Origin: Promethearchaeota archaeon
GTDB taxonomy: Archaea; Asgardarchaeota; Hermodarchaeia; Hermodarchaeales; Hermodarchaeaceae
NCBI GenBank assembly: GCA_048939625.1
Contig: JBHLPH010000002.1
Location: forward strand, 32,001 to 96,000
Length of the DNA stretch: 64,000 nt
Direction: 5' to 3'
Position numbers and translations under genes: made by a program. This document shows positions 57,858-64,000 of the stretch, one piece after another; within the stretch, counting starts at the first letter, position 1; the number at the start of each line of letters is the position of its first letter. The notes beneath the pieces were generated by a model. It saw only the letters and a list, made by a program, of their open reading frames with translations. It was not told the DNA's origin and did not search any database.

Positions 57858-59201
57858 GTGATGCCGATGCCTCCAAATGAATGGGAACAAAAGGTGCTTT
57901 CCCGGGTTGATGAGTTACGAGATGAGCTCGTAAAATTGTGTCAGGATATTATTCGCATCCCGAGTTGGGATCGCGAGACCAGGGGTGAAGCGGAGGTAGC
58001 TCACCGGGTTGGGAAGACAATGGAAAAGAGGGGAATTCAAACTGAATATGTCACATCTCATCCGAGTATCGATAACCTTGTAGCAACTTGGGCAGCAAAG
58101 AATGGCAAACGCTTACTGTTTAATGGTCATGTAGATGTAGTGCCACCTGGCGAGGATTGGACGGTCGATCCCTTTGCTGCAGAAATCCGCGAGGGTCTCA
58201 TTTATGGACGCGGTGCCATGGACATGAAAGGCGGAGTGGCCTGCATGACGATGGCTATGAGCGCATTACATGATCTTGAGGTGCCATTGAAAGGATCCCT
58301 AATCGTTAATGCAGTTGGCGATGAAGAGCGGCAGGGGAAATTGGGAACAGCATATTGTATTGAAAACGCTTGGAAGAAGATTAAAGCAGATGCAGCAATT
58401 GTTGCTGAGCCTTCAGGAATTGGGCAGTTCGGACACGCTGTTAATATTGGTGAGAAGGGGCCGGTGTGGATGAAGGTTACGACAAAGGGTGAGAAAGCAC
58501 ATGGCAGTATACCATCAGCCGGAAAGAATGCCATTATCATGATGTTTGAGTTGCTTGAAGCCCTCCGTCAAGCTAAACCTCCAACAATTCCACCTCCCAT
58601 AACCCGTAAAGCAATTATTCACCAGTTCGCTGCCAGTTTAAACCTTGAACCAGAAGTGATGGAGTCATTTATTGAAAAGGGAGGTGAATCTAATCCGTTC
58701 TCCGCAGGATTAGAGGGACTTACAGCAAGTACGATGAACATCGGAACAATAAACGGAGGAGTCGCTGCCAATGTAGTACCTGACCGCTGTAATGCCCAAA
58801 TAGATTTTCGGATTCTCCCAGGCCAAACACCGCAGGAGATGGTTGAGTTCATTCAACACTATGCGGAGAAGCTGGGAATCTCAGAGGTCTGTGACATCGA
58901 AATCATTGAAGCATTTGAGGGCAACTCCATTCCCAATTATGAACAAAACAAAATCGTAACCACCATGTTTGATGCCTCAAAAGAAATCGCAGGACCTACT
59001 GTATATTTCCTAGTACCATATGCTACAGATGGTCGCCTTCTCCGCCGCGCGGGCATCGAGTCAACAGTGGTCTATGGACCCGGAAATTTATTCTTAGCGC
59101 ATACAGCAGACGAAAACGTTGCTATTGAGGACTTGGTTAAAGTGACCAAAGTCTTTGCACTGACTGCAATCCGCTATCTGGGAGTGAAGGACTATCGATA
59201 A
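57858..59201 (+). CDS. M20 family metallohydrolase (ArgE/DapE-like)
   Basis: NGHVDVVP, GRGAMDMKGG, DEE, AEP, AHGS, N.G...GG..NVVP, TDGR and AHT.DE motifs. Confidence 0.92.
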   Translation: MMPMPPNEWEQKVLSRVDELRDELVKLCQDIIRIPSWDRETRGEAEVAHRVGKTMEKRGIQTEYVTSHPSIDNLVATWAAKNGKRLLFNGHVDVVPPGEDWTVDPFAAEIREGLIYGRGAMDMKGGVACMTMAMSALHDLEVPLKGSLIVNAVGDEERQGKLGTAYCIENAWKKIKADAAIVAEPSGIGQFGHAVNIGEKGPVWMKVTTKGEKAHGSIPSAGKNAIIMMFELLEALRQAKPPTIPPPITRKAIIHQFAASLNLEPEVMESFIEKGGESNPFSAGLEGLTASTMNIGTINGGVAANVVPDRCNAQIDFRILPGQTPQEMVEFIQHYAEKLGISEVCDIEIIEAFEGNSIPNYEQNKIVTTMFDASKEIAGPTVYFLVPYATDGRLLRRAGIESTVVYGPGNLFLAHTADENVAIEDLVKVTKVFALTAIRYLGVKDYR

Positions 59202-59204
59202 AAT

Positions 59205-59621
59205 CTAGGCAGGACGGAAAACCAGCCGCATCACCGCTTCACTGTCAGCAGATCCAGGGAATTCCTCAAAATCAGCTACTACCGCATCACCCACATGAAT
59301 TTCTTCGGGTTTGAGGGGATCAACTCCTACTAACCGAGTACAGACAGATGGACCTTCCTTGAGTGCCACAATAGCAACGATATAGGGAACATCCTCCGAG
59401 TACTTGATTCCAGCAATGTGAATCACTGTAAAGGAACGAAGTGTCCCTTCTCCACTGAGTTGAGTCCAATCAGTAGTTTTACTATTACAATTTGGACAGA
59501 ACAATCGTGGAGGCAGATGAAGTGCATCACAGCTCGAACAATGGGCTGCACATAGTTTCTGTTCATTGATTAACTCAAAGAATTTCTTGATAGTTGTTTC
59601 TTCACTCATCTCGATTACCAC
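59205..59621 (-). CDS. DUF35 Zn-ribbon/OB-fold protein (thiolase partner)
   Basis: C..C....PPR..CP.C, G.L.SFT.I and PY....V.L.EGP motifs. Confidence 0.92.
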   Translation of the reverse strand: MVIEMSEETTIKKFFELINEQKLCAAHCSSCDALHLPPRLFCPNCNSKTTDWTQLSGEGTLRSFTVIHIAGIKYSEDVPYIVAIVALKEGPSVCTRLVGVDPLKPEEIHVGDAVVADFEEFPGSADSEAVMRLVFRPA

Positions 59622-60775
59622 CGTTCACAAATATGCACAACTGCCGTCGCTCCCGATCCACCAACATTATGAGCTAATGCCAAGTTAGGTGAATCAATTT
59701 GACGTTTACCAGCTTCGTTTCGAAGCTGATGGTATAATTCGATGATTTGAGCGACACCAGTAGCTCCGACCGGATGGCCTTTAGCTTTGAGACCACCACT
59801 AGGATTAATCGCAAATTCGCCATCGAGCGTAGTGTATTCTTCTTCGACGGCTTGTCCGCCCATGCCGGGGTTGAAGAAGCCGAGGTCTTCGGTGGCGATG
59901 ATTTCAGCGATGGTGAAGCAGTCGTGGACTTCAGCAAAGTCAATGTCTTTTGGTCCGATTTTAGCTTGCTTATAGGCATGGTAGGCTGCTGTTTTAGCGG
60001 AGTATAGTGTGGTGAGGTCGGTGCGGTCAGACATGTCCATATTGTCATTGGCTTGTGCGGAAGCGATAATTTTCACAGGGGCATCTGTAAATTTCTTAGC
60101 GTGTTTGTTACGGGTGAGAATTACGGCAGCAGCTCCGTCAGTGATTGGGGAGCAATCATAGAGACCTAGAGGCCAAGCGACCATGCGGGCAGATAAGACT
60201 TGGTCTAGGGTGATAGCTTTTTGATATTGGGCTAAAGGATTATGGACGGCGTTGGCATGGTTTTTGACAGCGACAGCTGCAAGTTGTTCTTTGGTGGTAC
60301 CGTATTTTGCCATATGAGCAGTTGCGAAGAGAGCGAAGATTCCGGGGAAAGTGATGCCGGGTTCAGCTTCGAATGGCTGGTCCGCGGCCATGGCTAAAGT
60401 CTCAATGACACCGGGCGTTCTGAGATCGGTCATCTTCTCTACACCGGCAGCCATCACAACGTCGTGTTGTCCGGATTCGATGGCAAGAATAGCAGCGCGT
60501 AATGCTGTAGCAGACGAAGCACATGCCGCTTCACATTTGGTTGCGGGAATGCCTTTCATTCCAGCAGCATCCACCATCATCGGTGCAATGTGGGTTTGTC
60601 GATTGAATTGGTCGGCGGAAAGGTTACCGATAAATGCGGCTTCAACATCTTTGGGAGTGATACCCGCATCTTCGATGGCTTCATGGGCTGCAAGTGCAAA
60701 GAGCTCGCGCAAATTGTAATCGTCATGGCGTCCGAATTTAGTCTGTCCGGCGCCTACAATGCTTACATTGATCAC
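59615..60775 (-). CDS. Thiolase (archaeal/SCP2-type acetyl-CoA C-acyltransferase)
   Basis: EAACAS, GVEKM, KNH.N...NP.A, DGAAA, EVHDCF, GHPVGATG and HNVGG motifs. Confidence 0.95.
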   Translation of the reverse strand: MINVSIVGAGQTKFGRHDDYNLRELFALAAHEAIEDAGITPKDVEAAFIGNLSADQFNRQTHIAPMMVDAAGMKGIPATKCEAACASSATALRAAILAIESGQHDVVMAAGVEKMTDLRTPGVIETLAMAADQPFEAEPGITFPGIFALFATAHMAKYGTTKEQLAAVAVKNHANAVHNPLAQYQKAITLDQVLSARMVAWPLGLYDCSPITDGAAAVILTRNKHAKKFTDAPVKIIASAQANDNMDMSDRTDLTTLYSAKTAAYHAYKQAKIGPKDIDFAEVHDCFTIAEIIATEDLGFFNPGMGGQAVEEEYTTLDGEFAINPSGGLKAKGHPVGATGVAQIIELYHQLRNEAGKRQIDSPNLALAHNVGGSGATAVVHICERW

Positions 60776-60890
60776 AATAGTACACCTCTGTTTAATGAGG
60801 AACGCTGAATGAGGCAACGGTAACCTCAAGGAATTATAAACTGTACCGTTGTCCAAGCTTGGTTGAAAAAGAGGTGGGGTATTTTGATTA

Positions 60891-62288
60891 TTATCGATTA
60901 TGCCCTTTATGCAAATGTTGCCCGTATTCCACTAAGGCCCAAACAGCCTTTGCTGCCCTGGCAGGTGTGGGTAAAGCAGGAATTCCAGCTTCTTCAAGGA
61001 GTTGGGCACCTTTCATTGTGAAACGTCCTCCAGCTGTAAGGGCGACGAGAGGTTTCTGATATTTCCGGACTACGGCAACTAATCGGTCAATGATATCTAG
61101 ATTTAGTAAGGGGACCTGCATCATCACGATAGCAATTGCAGCATCATAATGGGGAGTGCCAAGTAGTGTATCGAAAGCTGTTTGGTATCGCTCGGCATTA
61201 GTGTCGCCGGTTAGATCAATGGGATTGTGGACACTACAATATCCAGGGAAGGCATCTCGTAGAACGCGTTTGAGTTTTTCTGGTGGCTCGGGAACAGTTA
61301 AGCCTAAGGCTTCGCAGGCGTCGACTGTCATTACTCCTGCGCCACCAGCATCGGTTACAATAAGGATACGGTTCCCTTCAGCGGGAGGTTGAGAGGCGAG
61401 AGTTTTTGCCATTTCGAAACCATCTTCAAAGTCACGCGCAGACAGAATACCGGCTTGACGGAAGGCAAAATCATAAAGTCGCGCGTCACCAGCAAGAGCC
61501 CCGGTGTGACTGGCAGCAGCGGCAGACCCACGTTTTGATCGACCCGATTTGACAACGATGATGGGTTTTTGTTTGGTGACTCTTTGAGCCGTTTCGATAT
61601 ATGTTCCACCGGTACTTGGTGAGAGCCCTTCCAGATATTCGACGATTACACGCGTTTCGGGGTCGTCGCCGAGATAAGTGATTAGATCAATTTCGTTGAC
61701 ATCGGCTTTATTACCGAAACTGACGACACGACTGACTCCGAGACCTGATTGGGCATTCATATCTAAAACGGCAGCTGCAAAAGCACCACTTTGGCTGATG
61801 AAACTGATGTAACCTTTTTCAGGCCGTCCCATTCGGGAAGCTGGGAGGAATGTGGTGTCGACGCCAGTATTTGTATCGTAGATTCCGACACAGTTCGGTC
61901 CAATTACACGGATCCCACTTCGTTTAGCGATCTCTACAACTTGTTGTTCAAGATAGGCGCCTTCAGGACCAGTTTCTTTGAATCCCCCACTAACTATGAT
62001 GACCGCTTTCACGCCTTTTTTTTCACAATCTTTCATGATATTAGGAACAAGTCCTGCAGGAACAGCAATGACGGCGAGATCGACTAGTCCAGGTAAATCG
62101 GAAACTCGTTCATAACTTGGAATCCCGAGGACGTCAGTGGCACGGGGATTGATGGGATATACTGAACCTTTGAAGGCGGGTTTGAGGAAGTTTCGAAAGA
62201 TAACTCCGCCTACGCTTGCTTTGCGTGCTGATGCTCCGACAACGGCGACCGTTTGAGGATTGAAGAACGATTCCAAGTCAGACTTCAT
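60891..62288 (-). CDS. ADP-forming acyl-CoA synthetase alpha subunit
   Basis: VGAS, YPINP, GF.E.G, GPNCVG, SQSGA, SHTG (phospho-His), AGG.GV and NPIDLTGD motifs. Confidence 0.95.
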   Translation of the reverse strand: MKSDLESFFNPQTVAVVGASARKASVGGVIFRNFLKPAFKGSVYPINPRATDVLGIPSYERVSDLPGLVDLAVIAVPAGLVPNIMKDCEKKGVKAVIIVSGGFKETGPEGAYLEQQVVEIAKRSGIRVIGPNCVGIYDTNTGVDTTFLPASRMGRPEKGYISFISQSGAFAAAVLDMNAQSGLGVSRVVSFGNKADVNEIDLITYLGDDPETRVIVEYLEGLSPSTGGTYIETAQRVTKQKPIIVVKSGRSKRGSAAAASHTGALAGDARLYDFAFRQAGILSARDFEDGFEMAKTLASQPPAEGNRILIVTDAGGAGVMTVDACEALGLTVPEPPEKLKRVLRDAFPGYCSVHNPIDLTGDTNAERYQTAFDTLLGTPHYDAAIAIVMMQVPLLNLDIIDRLVAVVRKYQKPLVALTAGGRFTMKGAQLLEEAGIPALPTPARAAKAVWALVEYGQHLHKGHNR

Positions 62289-62332
62289 GACAGGCCTCCA
62301 GATGATCTCGATGTTTTTGTTTTATTTCTGGT

Positions 62333-62590
62333 TTAGAGAGGCGCTCCATGGACATCCATTTCGAAATCCGCTACGAGGTTGGTTATAGTATCGAGGACGC
62401 CTTTGATGGCGCGGATTTTCCCAATTGTTTCCATGATATCGCGCATGCCTTTTCGTTCGATTTCAACAATCACATCATAAAGGCCGAATAGCTTGTGCGC
62501 TTCTGAGATAGCCGGGAATTTACTAATTTCGCGTAGGATTGTGTCTTCTTGTTGAGGGGCGACTTTGATGAGGACATATGCTTTGTAAAT
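62333..62590 (-). CDS. Lrp/AsnC ligand-binding domain protein with no ATG/GTG/TTG start, absent from the ORF track
   Basis: Reads IYKAYVLIKV..AHKLFGLYDVIVEIE..KIRAIKGVLDTIT..*; ATT lies 9 nt after AGGAG; same frame as the upstream gene's TAG. Confidence 0.8.
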   Translation of the reverse strand: MYKAYVLIKVAPQQEDTILREISKFPAISEAHKLFGLYDVIVEIERKGMRDIMETIGKIRAIKGVLDTITNLVADFEMDVHGAPL

Positions 62591-62602
62591 TGTTATCGAC
62601 TC

Positions 62603-63985
62603 CTAAGTATTGGATTTAAGCAGAGTGTGAAGGTGATACGCATTTTCTAACGTGGTTACTGCTCGGTGGGAATTGGAGAATACAGGAATGTTCAGCCGCT
62701 CAAGGCTGTCGATAAGGAGATTGTCTCGTTCAGTAGCAGGTATGATTCCGATAATTGTTTTTGGTGATTTCAACGTTTTCAAACGTTGACGCAACATGAC
62801 ATAGAGGTAATCAGGATCGATATTAGGTGAATCAGGTAGGAGACTGATTAGGATACTATGGGCAGTAGGATCAGCAAGTACAATGCGAAGAGCAATGTCT
62901 AGTCGTTCTTCATCAGCATTCGTGTATAACCCGATGGGATTTGCACTGCGGCAGTAAGGAGGAAGATTTTCTTTGAGAGTAGCAATCGTGTCTGGAAGCA
63001 ACTTGGCTAGCTCCATTGGCGAATCATGGAGGGCGCTTGCAGCATATACACAGTACGCTCCGAAGTTTGAGATTGCTACAACACCTTTGCCTTCAGGGAG
63101 GGGTTGGTTCTGACAGAGAAGGGCTAAATCGACGGCACGCCCCCAAGAGGAAGTGACCATAAGGTTGTGTTCTTTCGCTAGTGCAGCGGTAAGGGGTTGG
63201 ATAGCTTTTCCCGTTCGTCGGTGTAATCCAAGTTGGTTGGTAATATTTTGCGGCCATAAGGATATGATGATTGGTTTCTTGACACGGTGGGCTTTTCGTA
63301 CAGCGGTTCGGAATTTGGTAAGATTTGTAATCTGACCTACTCCGAGGAGAATCACGCGGGTTCCAGTATCTTGTGTAAGAAATGCAAGGAAGTCTGTTTC
63401 AGTAGTTCCAAGTGTTTCGCCAAGATCCATGAAAAGGGAAACGCCGCATCGGTATTTGGTGACTTGTTCGAGTAAGCCATATGCTACATCCCGATTATCT
63501 GTGATTACTCCTGTTGCCCCATTTCGGGGGCGAGGGAGGACTTCGGTAGGAAGTGGTATCATGTCGATATTTGTTGAGGAACTGTAGAATCCGGCACTGC
63601 GGGGACCAATCACTGGTATAGATAGTTTTGCGATGGTCTTTCGCGCTGCGTCGAATTCAGTGGATTGAAGCTCAAAGAGTAAGAGGATTCCTACAGGTTG
63701 GCGTTTCCCAATGATTCGAAGCGTCTCTGTAAAATCTCTTGTAGGTGAAGCGATGATCCAAAGATGGCTTCCTTCCGGAACTTCATTGATGGTTGCAAAG
63801 GTTGGATATCCAAGAACTCGTGCTTCAGTTGGGTTTACATAGTGGACTGGACCTTCAAAATCTCGGATAAGAGAGCGGGCCACTTGGAACCCAAAGGAGA
63901 GTGGATTATCACTAGCACCAATTAGAACAATAGATGAGGGAGCCAAAAGTGATTGGATTTGTTCGTGGGCGCTCTTTGAGACCAT
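62603..63985 (-). CDS. Divergent ADP-forming acyl-CoA synthetase alpha paralogue (probably catalytically degenerate)
   Basis: Collinear with 60891-62288 (IGAS, VNP, IGP, LP.YC..NPI.L), but the SQSG and SHTG motifs are replaced. Confidence 0.75.
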   Translation of the reverse strand: MVSKSAHEQIQSLLAPSSIVLIGASDNPLSFGFQVARSLIRDFEGPVHYVNPTEARVLGYPTFATINEVPEGSHLWIIASPTRDFTETLRIIGKRQPVGILLLFELQSTEFDAARKTIAKLSIPVIGPRSAGFYSSSTNIDMIPLPTEVLPRPRNGATGVITDNRDVAYGLLEQVTKYRCGVSLFMDLGETLGTTETDFLAFLTQDTGTRVILLGVGQITNLTKFRTAVRKAHRVKKPIIISLWPQNITNQLGLHRRTGKAIQPLTAALAKEHNLMVTSSWGRAVDLALLCQNQPLPEGKGVVAISNFGAYCVYAASALHDSPMELAKLLPDTIATLKENLPPYCRSANPIGLYTNADEERLDIALRIVLADPTAHSILISLLPDSPNIDPDYLYVMLRQRLKTLKSPKTIIGIIPATERDNLLIDSLERLNIPVFSNSHRAVTTLENAYHLHTLLKSNT

Positions 63986-64000
63986 CTATGACACCGAGTA

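Noticed and set aside
1-64000. tRNA, rRNA, CRISPR arrays, transposases, integrases
   Set aside because: None recognised by eye; tRNAscan-SE/Infernal were not run, so short RNAs could have been missed.

Overview
Archaeal chromosomal segment: it encodes TBP, Rpo5, Cdc48, a proteasome-alpha homologue, an archaeal-type SHMT and ADP-forming acyl-CoA synthetase. Several proteins have eukaryote-like architectures consistent with an Asgard archaeon, although lineage cannot be proven from this window. Most of the 64 kb is dense housekeeping and metabolism, including many peptidases, sugar and C1 enzymes, RNA modification and transport. The stand-out structure is a ~6.9 kb accessory island (27538-34472) that splits a group 4 [NiFe]-hydrogenase gene run (large subunit | NuoH-like, NuoI-like). 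The island is built from successive gene blocks separated by at least three decayed, synonymously recoded copies of the 3' end of the hydrogenase large-subunit gene, which suggests repeated insertion with 3'-end replacement. It contains no integrase. The block nearest the live gene encodes an HTH + LAGLIDADG-like protein, and another block carries a ribbon-helix-helix/proteasome-alpha fusion facing an unannotated 40-aa RHH gene. Elsewhere there is a candidate H/ACA guide RNA for LSU helix 69, a P-type ATPase with non-canonical ion-binding motifs, a DapA-family/Fae fusion, a coiled-coil/Pro-rich/VASP-FAB-like protein, an RPB5-like full-length Rpo5 and a SNAP-like/Ig protein. No tRNA, rRNA, CRISPR array or transposase was seen. 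All family calls come from motif recognition by eye; no searches were run.
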